Position numbers and translations under genes: made by a program
In this document: piece after piece, positions 1 through 12,400 of the stretch
How the letters are laid out: every line of letters starts with the position of its first letter
Position numbering within the stretch: position 1 is the stretch's first letter
NCBI GenBank assembly: GCA_964016885.1
Contig: OZ024740.1
Coordinates: 54,002,001-54,066,000, forward strand
Direction of reading: 5' to 3'
DNA length: 64,000 nucleotides
Source of the DNA: Eledone cirrhosa
Taxonomy: Eukaryota
The notes under the pieces: model-generated
What the model was told of the DNA's origin: nothing
The model's input: only the letters and a program-made list of their open reading frames with translations
Database searches by the model: none

Positions 1-182
1 AATTGTATCTACTTTAGCACAAGGCCAGCAATTAACCAGTGCATTACTGGTACTTTATTTCATCCACCCCGTAAGGATGAAAGGCAAAGTCAACCTCGGC
101 GGGATTTGAACTCAGATCGTAAAGGGAGGTAACTATGCTGGAAAGCATGGTGTCTGACCCTCTACCGATACTGCCAATTCAC
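1..182 (-). mobile_element. tRNA-derived SINE (family A, MetaSINE-like central domain)
   Basis: Reverse complement reads GAATTGGCAGTATCGGTAGAG (A box-like), GTTCAAATCCC (B box), CTTTGCCTTTCATCCTTACGGGG and a GGCCTTGTGC tail; many copies in the window. Confidence 0.85.
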
Positions 183-470
183 TAATAATAATAATAATGA
201 TTTCATTTATTGGCTACAAGGGCCGACATATAGGGGACAATACAAAAGACTGGGACAGTGGAGTTTTACAGAAAAATCGAGTAAACAATATAAATAAACA
301 AAGTGACAATAACAAAGTAACAATAAAGTAACAATAAAATAACAAGAAAAAATTACCCAATAGGGGGGATGACCACCCAGGGTTTGCTCAGGTACCCCTC
401 CAATCCTGAACGACCCGACGTTTCGAGAGCACCCTGGAAGGGCACCCCTCTCCTCCTCAAATTTACCTAC

Positions 471-3400
471 CTACAGCCGCAAGACCAGAGTAGGCCCACT
501 CACACGGGCCATTCTCGCCACATTCACCACCCACCTTTCAGCAAATGTACTGGGGGGCAGCACTTCTCTCTCCTCCCTCACCTTCCTTTCCAAGTGAAAC
601 TTGAAAAAGTTGATGAGGGATTGGCCGAAGAGAAAAATGTCTGTCTTCAGTCCTTTCAACTTCGTCCACCATATAACCTCTTTCGCTACTGCCACCAGAC
701 AGAGGAAAATTGCCTGCCCTTCCTGGCAGGTCCGTCTGACAGCACTTCCGTGCCTGTAGAGTTTATCTCGAACCGGCAGTGCCCTCGGGTAGCACTGCCA
801 AGCGAGGGATTTTTTGAAATTATTCATCGTCCCCGGCTCGAAAGTCCTCCGGTACAGACTGGTTAGTTCGACTTCGTTGACTCCCAGAGCCTCTCCGAGT
901 GCGTCGTCGCACTTGTCCACCACTAATCCTCTATAGAAATCGAGAGTGGAAGTTTCACTGACCGCATTGCCTGCCTGGTAGAGGGCAGTGAGTGCCTGGC
1001 AACATTCCAGATGCCAGTCACCCAGTCTCGGTCTCTTCTTGACCCAGGACTGCAGCTCAGTCAAAGAAACGAGCTGCGGAAAGGCCCGTCTGACAAACGG
1101 CGACCACACCTGTTCACCGTTTAGGCAGAATATCTGGAGATGCCGCAGCCTCAGCGCGTGCCGGCGCATCATTAGCCACGGCATGCCCAGCCCTCCACGT
1201 AAAGGGTGCTGGCAGCAGATGGACCGCCTCACCAGCGGAACCTGACCCCTCCACATAAATTTGAAGAGGAGCCGCTCCAAGATGGCGAGGCGCGAACGGG
1301 GCAAAGGACGACGGTCAGACGGACGCGTTCGCCACCTTCGCCCGACCTTTCAGTGATAGCTTCATCCCAGCCCATTTCTGGGTGAGACTGGCTACCCTGC
1401 CCGTCACCTCTTCCCAATTCTTATACACCTGGAGGTCTGGCCCGAACCAAACCCCTAGCAACTTTACCGGTCCGTCCGTCCAGCGCCTAACGACGCTGTT
1501 GGACGGCATAGACTTTCCGCTCCAGGTGCCGAGTTGCAAGCCCACCGACTTTTCCGGGTTAAGTTTTGCTCCCGTCAACCTTTCATATTCCTCCAATAAG
1601 TTGCTGACCCCCTCTATTTCTGAGGTGTCCGTCACCATCACGGTGATGACGTACGCATAAGCCGACACAGCCTTTCCGCGTCCCGGTTCGAGCTGGATGC
1701 CCTGCAATAGCTCCAGCTTCCACAGTAAAGGCTCGAAAGTCAATACGTAGAGAAGGGAGGAGACAGAGCACCCTTGACGGACCGATCGGTAGACCTGAAA
1801 TGGTTCCGAGAGGTCGCCATTAATTTTGACCATCGAGCAAGTGCCGCTGTGCATTGCAGCGATCCAGCTTCTGAAGACGGGGCCGAAGCCAGCCGCCTTG
1901 AGGACAGCGTCCAGGTACCGATGGTCGACCCTATCGAATGCTTTCGATTGATCTAAATTGATCAGAGCCCCACCGAAGCCAGGTTTACACCCAACCCTCT
2001 CTATGATGTATCGCATTAGGTGGAGGTTGTCGTGTAAGTTTGCGCCTCCCCAACCAAATCCCCGACGACAAGCGCCAACCACTTCGCTAACACCCTGGCC
2101 AAAATCTTAAACTCTGTGTTGAGCAGAGTTATGGGCCTGATATTGTCTAATGGGTCCCTCTTTTTCTCGTCTTTCCTTATCAGCGTCACTACGCCCCGGC
2201 TCACAGAACTGGGAATACTCCCGTTTTGCTGCCAGTTGCAGTAGAGGGCTTCGAGGAGATTGGAGAACAAGTCTGGCATATTTACGTAAAGCTCGTAGGG
2301 CAGACCATCCAAACTGGGTGACTTGCGCCTCATGCAGCCGACAAGGGCATCCTGAATCTCGGCTGAAGTAATTGGCCTTACGCAGCGACCAGCGTCAGCC
2401 GTCGAGAGTTGCGGCAAGCCATCGAGATAGGGACTGAAGTCCACCACCATCTCTAACCCGCCACTTCCCCCGAACAACCGAGCAAAATGTTGGCGAAAGA
2501 CCTCACCCATCCTCTTGGAATCGCTCAGCTCGTGCCCGTCTCGGTCCGTCAAAGACCGAATTGTGGTTTTATTACCACGCTGCGCCTCTGCCACGCGGGC
2601 CCATCGAACAGCTTTGGTTCCCTCGTTTCTCAGTGCACGCGCCTTAGCTCTGACAATGCAACCTTCGTATTTCGCATTGAAGAAATGGTCTAATGCCATT
2701 CTCGCCGCTAGCACGTCAGTTGCAATGCCACTACCAATAGCCTCGTCTAACTTATCTTCCAACTCCCCCTCCTTTCTATTTTTCTCTAACGCTACATCTT
2801 TGCTAAACTCTATCGACATTACTCTAATCTCTCTTTTGAGAGCCCCCCAGCATCTATTGTTGACGACTCCCCCTGTCAACTTTTTCTTAACTAAATTGTT
2901 GACCTGGTCCCTGTAAGCCTTACGTGCCAGAAATGACATGTTTAGCTTCCAGTAACCAGGTCCTAACCTACGCGTCTTATCTAGGTCGACCATACAGATC
3001 ACAAACGTGTGATCTGAATAGGCGACCGTTTCAAAACGTGGACAGCTTAAACTATTTCTGTCTTTTTCCTAATGAATATCCTGTATATATACGATCTAGA
3101 TGACCGTATGCGGTTAGCCATGGTCCACACTGGTGCATTAGGGAAATCTAGTCGGTACCTGTCAGACAGTTGGAACTGGCTGATCAGGTTCTTGAGGCTT
3201 TTGCACCCCCCGCTCCTATCGGATACTCCCAAACAATCCCAGCGTGCGTCTAAGATGCCGTTCCGGTCCCCCGCTAACAGTAAAGGGCGAGACGTACCCA
3301 GAAAGGCTTCCAGGCGTCTAAAGAAGTCCGGCCGTCCTTCCCCAGTAGGAGCATAGACGGCCACCAGTCTAAAGGCACCACCTTCGTTATTGTTCACGTC

Positions 3401-3694
3401 CAGGACCACCAACTTCCCGTCCGGGTCCCGGAAGATCGAACTTACCTCGAGATCCAGGCTAAACAGCACTTCCACCCCGCCTCCCATTCCTGGCCGAAGT
3501 CCGCCATTCCTGGCCGATGCTAAGATCTGATAGTCGTCGAAAATGGGGCCTAGTGCGTGCGTGTCGGAAATCCTGGTCTCGCTGACGGCGATTACATCCA
3601 TTTCTATAGACCTGAGGTCGTTGAGCAGGTGACCCTGCATCCAGGACGATCCCAGGCCTCGAACATTTAAACATCCTACCCTTAATACGGCCAT
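471..3694 (-). pseudogene. Tx1 ORF2: apurinic-type endonuclease plus reverse transcriptase, frameshifted
   Basis: MAVLRVGCLNVRGL, VIAVSET, LVAVYAP, GPGYWKLN, RPITLLNTEFKILA, LDQSKAFDRVDH, VRQGC, degenerate YADD (AYAYV), GGLGMP; split over four ORFs. Confidence 0.9.
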
Positions 3695-3726
3695 GTTGGC
3701 AGGTTAAATAGAGAGAGAGGAAATGT

Positions 3727-5702
3727 TTACTTACTTTCCGGGCTCTTGTGAAGGTCGGGTTGTTCGACCTCCATAGTTGGTAGTGTTTCTTTTGGAACCC
3801 CTTTAAAAGTCTTGAAGTGGGTTTTACGTTCGGGGTTCCCACGTCCCGAGGAAAGCTGTCTCGTACTTTTTGAATATATCGAGCGATATTCGCACCAGAA
3901 GCAAATCTTCCGGCACGCGAAATGGGCTCGATTTAAAAATGTCCCCATCTTTTTGTATATTTTCACTTCGTGCTACGAGGGCCATCACTTCCTTGTTGGC
4001 CCTCCTGACGAGCACGAAGTTTTGTATGTTTTGTTGGTGTGATTTTATTTGTTTGCGTGGCCGTGGTAGTGATGGTTTTGGTGGTGTCGTTTCGGTTGTA
4101 TCTGTGTTTGTTGTGAGTGCGGTGTCTGTGGTTTCAGATGTTTGTGTGTATATTTGTTCTTGCGTCTGTTTAGGTTGTTTGCGTTTGGGGCATTCTGGTG
4201 ATGGTGGTGTTGATGTTGGTGTTATTGGAGATATGTTTGCGTGGGACGTGCCTGCGTTTTTTATTGTGGGTGATTTTGTGCTTGTTGATTTTTTTTTCTT
4301 TTTGTGTTTCCTTTTTTTGTATTTTGGGGGATTTTGGTTTTCCCACATCTTCACTACTGGTAGATGAGGGGTCTATGTCTGTAAATGTGTCTGTGTGTAT
4401 GTTTATGGTTTTATTGGTGTGTGTATTTTGGGGCGGAGGGGGAATTTGACAACTTTCCTCGTTTCCCCCCTGGGTGGTCGATGTTGGTGGTGGTCTTTCT
4501 ATTGGTTTTGTTGTTGGTAGTTTTGCCGGTGCTGGTGTTGGTTGTGCTCCTCGCCCCGGCGTCGGCAGCAGTGGAGCCTTTCGACTCCTTGCCTCTTTCA
4601 GCAGATGAGGGCAGAAGGCTCACAAATGGGTTTTTTCCCCACAAACAAAACACGGCGGCCTTTTGCCTTCGGTCGTAATGTGAATGACCGTCCCATTCTG
4701 AAGGCGGATGTAGTCGGGGATTGTCTTCACATTCTCGGGCCTGATCTGGGGAAGGATCTCCAGGTCAACTCCGGACCAATCCTCTCTGGCCATTCTGGTC
4801 ACTTCTATAGGGACGGTATCCGTCCCCTCCACAAACACACATCCCAGAAGCCACCACATTTCAAGTCCTGGTGGGATTCTGGGAATTCGGAGACGGGCCG
4901 TTCTTTTTCCCATATGGGAGGGGTACATTATGACCTTCCTGGTTTTGCAAGGAGTCATATCGTGTTTCATAGCGAGGGCTTCTGACTTGAACAACACCGA
5001 AATGTTGCCGTACTGTCTGCCCCTCTCTATGTATTCAGTGTCTTCTCTGATGCACCTCAGCGCGACTTTGACATCTTCTTGTGGGATTAAAGCTGCCCTT
5101 TTGGTTTGTGCTGAGATGCATCTATAATGCACCGTTCTGCGCTCCACTGCCTCAATAGCTTCTACCGGGACAGTTAAGTTGGCCCAGGTTTTCTCTTGCT
5201 TGATGAGCTTCCATGCCTGGGCCAACTTTTTATCTTTGTTTGAGAGGTCCATGTTGAAGCATGGCCTCTATTTTGCTGCTGCCGCAGCGAAAGTGCTGTT
5301 CTTGTTTTCATTGGGGGTGTTGTGGTCGTTGTCGTTGTTCTTGTTGGTGTTGTTGTTAGCACTGTCGCTGTTATAATTGTTGTCCTTGTTGCCACCATTG
5401 TTTTCGGTGCAGTTGGTATCGCTGCTGTTGGTGTTGTCCCTATTTGTTTTCATGTTAGTGGTGTTGATATTGTTGTTGCATTTGTTATTTTTTTTGTTGT
5501 TATCTGTATTTTCGTTGTCGCTGTTACTGTCATTTTTTTCAAAATTAGAGTTCTCATTGGTATCCTTGGTGTCTTTGTTTATTTTGTTTCTGGTGGTGTT
5601 TGTGTTATCAATTTGTGTTAATTTCGCTGTAGCGCTCCTCTCAACTTCTACCTCGTTGTCGCACGACGGCAGACATATCACTGGGGGGCGTGGCTCAGCC
5701 AT
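3727..5702 (-). pseudogene. Tx1 ORF1 (gag-like nucleic-acid-binding protein), frameshifted
   Basis: Fragments 5268-5702 (Asn-rich), 4620-5252 and 3727-4354; CCHC knuckle CFVCGEKTHL*AFC interrupted by TGA. Confidence 0.75.
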
Positions 5703-6374
5703 GTTTTTTTATCCGTAAATTTTTTAACATGTAAAAAAAAGTTCAAATATTTGGGCCAAAAGGCCCAAATATTATACTTTCTCCTTCACAGGGCAAAGTC
5801 TAAGGGCTTATATCCCTTACACAACAAGAAATATTTAACAACAAATAATTATAACAAGTACATAAAGCGACTTACTGAGAGCGAGCAAAATACATCCGCT
5901 TTGACCAATAATAATAATACTAATACTACTACTACTGCTGCTGCTGTTCCTCCCAGAGTATGAACAGGAAAAATAGCTTGAAACAATGAACATTCACCCA
6001 AGCATCAAATTAATGAAATATGTTTACTTCAATTTAATAGTAGGAAAGAGCAAGTGACCAAGAATGCGACTGGTTTCTGTAATCAGAGAATTTCGAGAGA
6101 CATGGAACGAGATAATTTATTGAAACATCAGTATCAATTTCCGTCTCTAAGTTTGAGTTCAAATTCTAATCTGGCTCACTTTAATTTTCATAACTCCTGT
6201 CAAAAACTAAAATAATTTATTTTGGTTGATTATAGAACTATATGATATTATGATAATGGAAGTGTTCGGCCATTCCACAAACAAGTGAATCCTTATCTTA
6301 ATTCTTAAGAAGATTCAGCTTGGTTTCGTGTGACACGGCTGTTCTTTAGAATTACATTTTCTGTCAACCCAATT

Positions 6375-6485
6375 TCACTCACAAGGCACAATGGTAAGTG
6401 ACACTTGCTCTAGTAATCTTTGTAGTAGAATAGAACACGGGACCTAATGTTAGCGAAGCGAACTTCTTAACCATGCGGTCATGCT
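6375..6485 (-). mobile_element. Degraded SINE fragment (family C)
   Basis: Reverse complement GCATGACCGCATGGTTAAGAAGTTCGC...GAGCAAGTG, a tRNA-like head; related decayed copy at about 25050-25205 (+). Confidence 0.45.
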
Positions 6486-7696
6486 ACGTTCTCTATCTGA
6501 TAATGGAATCTGAACAAATGCGGTCTTTCTGTAAAGGACAGATTTAGTACAAAGAGATGACAATGGTACTGCTAACCTTTCATAATATAATTTTGTTGCT
6601 ATTACTTTAAAAATGTGTCAACGATACAATTTTTGTCGGTTTTAACATCAACAGCGATCAATTATTTGTAGAAAGAACGGTAAATTAAACTTAAGTACAA
6701 GTTTAAATCTTGATATTCGATATCAACCAGTTCACTCACAAGTAGAGAATTCACCATTAAATTATATTAATACATAAAAGTTTTCTCATATACCTTGTGA
6801 CTGGCGACAATAAATAGCCATGAGCACATTTGGTAAAGTTTGCAAAAAATCATCTTGAAATTATTGAAATTCATAAATTTTTATAAGGATGAAATCTTGT
6901 TAAGTTAACTGCTACGTGTGCTAATTACAAACTATATGTTAAAAGCTCAGCACGAAAACAAATGCTAATTTCAGATGATAAAATAGAAGTCATATAATGA
7001 TGTCGGTGACAGTGCTTCAGGGTTAAACGCATGCACACTTTTTTTCATTATTACAAACTGGAACATAGGAAATCTGTGTAACTAAGGAGATAAGGTGCTC
7101 GATCTTTTACGGAAGAGCTTATTCTCTAGATTGAAATTAGAATCAAGATATAAATTTCGAACTTAAGCATAATAATAAAAAAATATATATATTTGTTACG
7201 TAAAACAAGTAATAAAAACAAACTATAATTAATGAGCTTCCATCCCACGGATCAGTGGTAACAACTTGCTTTAAGGTTATGATAATTTAAAAGGAACCAC
7301 ATGCAAATATTTTCTAATTCAGAGACTGGGATAATTTTCTTCTTCTTTCCGTTGGTATTTGATGAGCTCAGCCACTCGTTACGACCGATATTCAAAGCCG
7401 TGTTTGAGATTCTATTCATCTAACTTACTGCTACAGTGCACAACAATTACGAATAATTCCTAATAAAGAATGAAGTTCATTTCCTACTTTTCTTTCATGG
7501 AAAATGAATTTTTTTGGCTCCATAGGCAAAGTACATATGGTATGTTTTGAAGGCAGTCTTTCTTCAACATATATCTATGCTATAGAGACATGCTAATTAT
7601 TGTTTTAATGTAAGTGCATTGCTAATATTTCTCAACCAAAAACGTAGAACTGATAAATTGTTCTTAGTCTAATGACGTGCATTATTTTGTTAATTA

Positions 7697-7884
7697 AGGG
7701 CGTTGGATTGGCAGTATCGGTAGAGGGTCGGACGCCATGCTTTGACGCATAGAGTTACGGCCCTTGCCATTCTGAGTTCAAATCTCGCCAAGGTTAACTT
7801 TGCCTTTCATCCTTACGAGGTCGATAAAATAAAGTACCAGTAATGCACTGGGTATTTGCTGGCCTTGTGCCAAAAGTAGTAACA
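7697..7884 (+). mobile_element. SINE family A with perfect 16-bp TSD
   Basis: TSD ATTATTTTGTTAATTA at 7681-7696 and 7885-7900; A and B boxes present. Confidence 0.9.
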
Positions 7885-7958
7885 ATTATTTTGTTAATTA
7901 CTACACAGAAATTAAATTTACACACACACACTTACGCATATATATATACACATACAAA

Positions 7959-8007
<49 letters not shown>

Positions 8008-8024
8008 CACACAAACACAGACAG

Positions 8025-8086
<62 letters not shown>

Positions 8087-8141
8087 CAGGACGCCGGACA
8101 TGTATTCCTTCAATTTATATATATATATATATGTATATATA

Positions 8142-8768
8142 TACGGGGTAACAAATAATAGTTAAATGCAGTCCACTTAGGTAAAGTCCAGTTATGTTAT
8201 TCCAGGTAGTGGATGATATTAACGCTTGGCTTGGTTTGACTCAACAAGGCGTTTTCATAGTGATGCTGCGGGTATGCCGTAATTCCTATGTTGTAAACAC
8301 TTGGAGTAATAATAAATCAGGAAAGAAGGTTGACATGGTTTGCTATACAAAAAAGGTTTAATCACATAGCTTACATTTGTTTCACTGAGCTGTTAGGTCT
8401 AGAGATCGCTATTCGCTTATTTTCGCGCTACTCGATCGCCAATACAAAATTATAACCAGTCAGATCTTCGGAGCATGCGAGAATGAAGAAAATACACAGG
8501 CAAGAAAAGAATAGAATATACAGGCTACTATATGAAGTAGTAATGGCATTCAATTAGAACAATAACAACAATTACAACAATGCTATCAATAAATTATTTA
8601 AGGAGACCCTGACATTACTACTACAATGTAACTTTACCTTCTTTTTGCCATAATTACAATTAGCACGCTTATCTCTTTGCATGTATGTATATTTTTGTAC
8701 GAGTGTATATTGATGTGTATATATGTGTCTATGTACACATGCATGTGTATATATGTATATATATATAA

Positions 8769-8846
<78 letters not shown>

Positions 8847-9378
8847 AAATATATGCGTATATTACTTCGTTAACCTCTGTATTAACTCAACATCTATTTG
8901 TCCCACTCATGTATACTATTGATGATGAAGAGAAAGACTGTAAACAGTAGCTTATCTTTAAAATTTAAAATTGATATACACTTCGATACTCTGTACATGC
9001 CATACGCTTTCTTTTGCCTCATGACAGCTAGTTTTACACGCCGTAACGTTAGATACATTATATACCCCCACCTAAGTAATGTCAGGGTCTCCTTAAATAA
9101 TTTATTGATAGCATTGTTGTAATTGTTGTTATTGTTCTAATTGAATGCCATTACTACTTCATATAGTAGCCTGTATATTCTATTCTTTTCTTGCCTGTGT
9201 ATTTTCTTCATTCTCGCATGCTCCGAAGATCTGACTGGTTATAATTTTGTATTGGCGATCGAGTAACGCGAAAATAAGCAAATAGCGATCTCTAGACCTG
9301 CCAGCTCAGTGAAACAAATGTAATCTATGTGATTAAACCTTTTTTGTATAGCAAACCATGTCAACCTTCTTTCCTGAT

Positions 9379-9382
<4 letters not shown>
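8142..9382 (-). mobile_element. Fold-back PLE-derived element in (TA)n
   Basis: About 308-bp inverted arms 8312-8619 and 9075-9382, unpaired tail 8142-8311, hammerhead-like motif in the arms. Confidence 0.75.
9217..9330 (+). ncRNA. Atypical type I hammerhead-like motif (U4C core, long stem II)
   Basis: CATGCT-CCGAAGA-TCTGACTGG...CCAGCTCAGT-GAAAC-AAAT-GTA; the inverted copy at about 8363-8479 has AGCTATG closing stem I. Confidence 0.4.
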
Positions 9383-9469
<87 letters not shown>

Positions 9470-9622
9470 TAAAATAAAATAAATAAGTCAAATGTTTAAA
9501 ATTTGACATATTTATTTATTTTATTTTACATTACTCCGGAGTAACCAAACCAACCTTCTCACTTCGTCGTGTGCTCCAATCTGCATACTGAGGTGTTGGT
9601 ATACAACCAACATATACTCAAA

Positions 9623-9627
<5 letters not shown>
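9470..9627 (+). mobile_element. Mini fold-back plus tail element in (TA)n
   Basis: AAAATAAAATAAATAAGTCAAAT / ATTTGACATATTTATTTATTTTATTTT hairpin, then a tail ending CAACCAACATATACTCAAAAT; related minus-strand copy at 41235-41320. Confidence 0.55.
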
Positions 9628-9654
<27 letters not shown>

Positions 9655-9659
<5 letters not shown>

Positions 9660-9849
9660 AACCAGTAAGACCCCGACAGCTGAGCTCAAGCCGTCTCGAC
9701 GGCTAATTCTGGACTCAGAATTAGCCGTCGAAACGGCTTGAGCTCAGCTGTCGGGGTCTTACTGGTTCCTATTACCCACTCTACTACCTCAAGTATTGAG
9801 TACTTTGGTGCGTTATGGTCCACCTGGTTCCTTACCACATTTCCTTCGT
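9655..9849 (+). mobile_element. About 195-bp hairpin plus tail non-autonomous PLE derivative
   Basis: 57-bp arms 9655-9711 and 9716-9772 (1 mismatch, 4-nt loop), tail 9773-9849 homologous to the 3' end of the PLE at 15410-15488; both flanks (TA)n. Confidence 0.85.
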
Positions 9850-9871
9850 TATATATATATATATATATATA

Positions 9872-10650
9872 TAGTGTTGCTCAGTTGTTTGAAAACGGAC
9901 ATTTGCATGAATACAATAAATGACACGAAGAGTTTTATTTGAGAGACAATTGGTATAATTAATCCTGAAAATCTTTTTGACGCTTCTCCTTAATGTATCC
10001 GATGTTAACATCGGTGACTGCTTCAATACGAAGTCTGAAACGTTGACATGTTCGAATCAGTTGATCCTTATCTATTTTGGACATTGTAGTAGTTATGTTT
10101 GACGTCAGAGATTTTATAGAGTAACCGGGGCATTGATTGACTACTTGCTTGACTAGGCTCCCTACGTAGCAGTCCGAAAAATTCAGATCTGGAGAGCTAG
10201 TATGTCATCTTTTTGAAGTGATGTAGTCGTGAAAATTGCACTTGATATTTTTTTGGATTGTCTTGGTCTCATGAGGTGTGGCAGAGTCGTGTTGGTAGGT
10301 ATACGTTCTTCTTTTTCTAACGTTATTTAACTAAGTCCTCACAACTCTCCCTTATAATCAAGAGCATTGACTCTGAAGCTCCACGCAAAGAAGTGAGGAG
10401 GTATGGCAACTCTCTAGACCCTTACAAATCTTAGATTCCTCCCAATAGCCGGAAGCTTTGTTCGCATGTCCGTTAGAAGCTCTTTAGTGTTTCTGTATAA
10501 CTATCTGTCTTTCATTCGATTGACCATTAGGTCCAGATCAAAGTGTTTCCCATCAAACAAAAGACAAAGCATAACAGGCTTTCAACAAGCTCAATAAGCA
10601 CTTATCGCGGATCAGACGGGTATCTTCAGATTGTAGACAGTAAGTGGCCT
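9872..10650 (-). mobile_element. maT (DD37D) IS630-Tc1-mariner transposase remnant
   Basis: Manual translation: FDGKHFDLDLMVNRMKDR*L...MRTKLPA; YTYQHDSATPHETK; SSPDLNFSDCYV; CQRFRLRIEAVTDVNIGYI; several stops and frameshifts. Confidence 0.75.
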
Positions 10651-10659
10651 CTCTGAATA

Positions 10660-11210
10660 ACGTATGGATTTTATCGAAGCTCCTCAGGATTTCCCTGTGA
10701 ATACTGACAGAACAATCAAGGCCAACAGGCCCGATATAACTATGAAGGACGATAAAGAGAAAACATGTTTCTTGATTGATATGATCATTCCATCAAATCG
10801 TAACAACTCCTCGAAAGAGTTGGGAAAGCTCAGTAAGTATAAAGATATGCCAAATGAAATTGAGAAAATGCGACATCTTAAGGCCTCTACAATACCAATG
10901 ATAGTGAACGCTTTGGAATGATAAAAACGGTACTGAAAAATATTTCGCCGGGATACCTGGAAGGCCATATTTGCAAGAGATTGAAAAACCATGCTGACTG
11001 GCACTCTCCGCCTCGTGAGAAGGGCATTATCAATTTAAAACCCTTGCAAGGATATCTACTATTGTTTGCGCCCTTCTAGGATCATTTGTATGAACATTGA
11101 CTTAAAAATGTATGCATTATCAAATTTTGCCTCAGATGCCAGGTTGACACTCGGCATGCTTTGGGAAAGAAGCAGAATTCTAAGAAAATTTTAACAAAAA
11201 TGATAATTTA
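10660..11210 (+). mobile_element. R4/Dong-type non-LTR retrotransposon 3' fragment (restriction-like endonuclease)
   Basis: ORF 10664-10921 DFPVNTDRTIKANRPDI...CFLIDMIIP...KELGKLSKYKDM...TIPMIVNAL matches the RLE PD...K..KY pattern. Confidence 0.8.
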
Positions 11211-11496
11211 GTCACAAGAATAAAGTAATATAATTAGAAGCCAACAGCTAACTCCCAGTATGCAGTGGTATTGTATCCGTAATCAAAATGTAGATGTACG
11301 ACAGCGGTTTTTGAAACTGAATAATACTAATGTAGTGCACTTCAGACATGCTTATTTGTATCACATTTGAGTAGTTCCAATGTGGAAAATATACACTACG
11401 AACATGAGAAAGCGGAGCTAATGACTTGCCTAACAATTAGAAATATATATTAATAAGAGGCGCCACACGCATACAAAATACCCTTGCCACACACAA

Positions 11497-11578
<82 letters not shown>

Positions 11579-11583
<5 letters not shown>

Positions 11584-11776
11584 AACAAGTAAGACCCCGA
11601 CGGCTGAGCTCAAGCTGTTTCGACGGCTAATTCTGTATAAGTACAAAATTAGCCGTCGAAACGGCTTGAGCTCAGCCGTGGGGGTCTTACTTGTTCCTAT
11701 TACCCACTCTACTACCCTAAGTATTGAGTACTTTGGTGCGTTATGGTCCACCTGGTTCCTTACCACATTTCCTTCG

Positions 11777-11778
<2 letters not shown>
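11579..11778 (+). mobile_element. Second hairpin plus tail PLE derivative (same family as 9655)
   Basis: Arms about 11579-11637 and 11642-11700, near-identical tail, (TA)n on both sides. Confidence 0.85.
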
Positions 11779-11817
<39 letters not shown>

Positions 11818-11852
11818 TAGATAGATAGATAGATACTTGACGTGGCAATAAC

Positions 11853-12400
11853 GTACTCAGGATAACCCTTTAAATGAAAATGTACAACATATATTGAAAC
11901 TAAAACTTATTTATTCTGAAAAAACATAATCTCCCTTGAATGCAACACTATCTTCAATGTGTTTATGCAAAGCATTTAACTCTTTCTGGAACCATTATTT
12001 CGGCAATTGTCAAAATAAGTGCAAGGATTCATCCACCACCTCTTCTAATGAAGCGAAAACAAATTTTATTTCTTTACTCCGTTTCTTTGTTAATTCCAGT
12101 AACATGTGACATGTAACGCAATGATTATTTTGGTTCTGCATCAATGATACTTTGATTGAGTTGCACGTTGTCATTAATAGTATTAGTGAAAGGAGAGCCA
12201 GAACGAGGAGCATCAATAAGTGATGATCTACTGCCATCTTTGAATTGTTCCACCCAATGATAAATGGTTGAATTTGCTGGAACGCTGTTAATTCCACTCT
12301 CCTTCAATTGTTAAATAATATTTGTTGCTTATTTGCTTCGGTTCCATTCAATGAAATGTATGCTCTAAAGTGTTTCTGACTATAAACTCTCAAGTATGAC
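11853..12400 (-). mobile_element. Internally deleted mariner transposase remnant
   Basis: STIYHWVEQFKDGSRSSLIDAPRSGSP (mariner HTH / PRSGRP) joined to C-terminal FASLEEV...RGDYV. Confidence 0.7.

Larger units (their letters stand above)
183..5919 (-). mobile_element. Near full-length Tx1-clade non-LTR retrotransposon (decayed)
   Basis: 5' UTR about 5703-5906, ORF1, ORF2 (APE + RT), 3' UTR ending in AATAAA then (ATT)n at 183-198; (AAT)4 also flanks the 5' end at 5907-5919. Confidence 0.9.

Noticed and set aside
4620-4622. TGA inside the Tx1 zinc knuckle as recoding
   Set aside because: It is not at a Cys position and is consistent with CGA to TGA decay in an element with many other lesions.
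369-5718. Plus-strand ORFs overlapping the Tx1 element
   Set aside because: Antisense shadows of ORF1/ORF2 and low-complexity sequence with no motifs.
7697-7800. tRNA genes
   Set aside because: A/B-box sequences are SINE heads with no cloverleaf and continue into SINE bodies.
10660-11210. R4/Dong element as partner of SINE family A
   Set aside because: Its 3' end shows no visible similarity to the SINE tail.
9655-11778. CRISPR array or prokaryotic terminator/REP interpretation of the hairpins
   Set aside because: Eukaryotic context, no repeat-spacer periodicity, and the sequence is homologous to a PLE 3' end.
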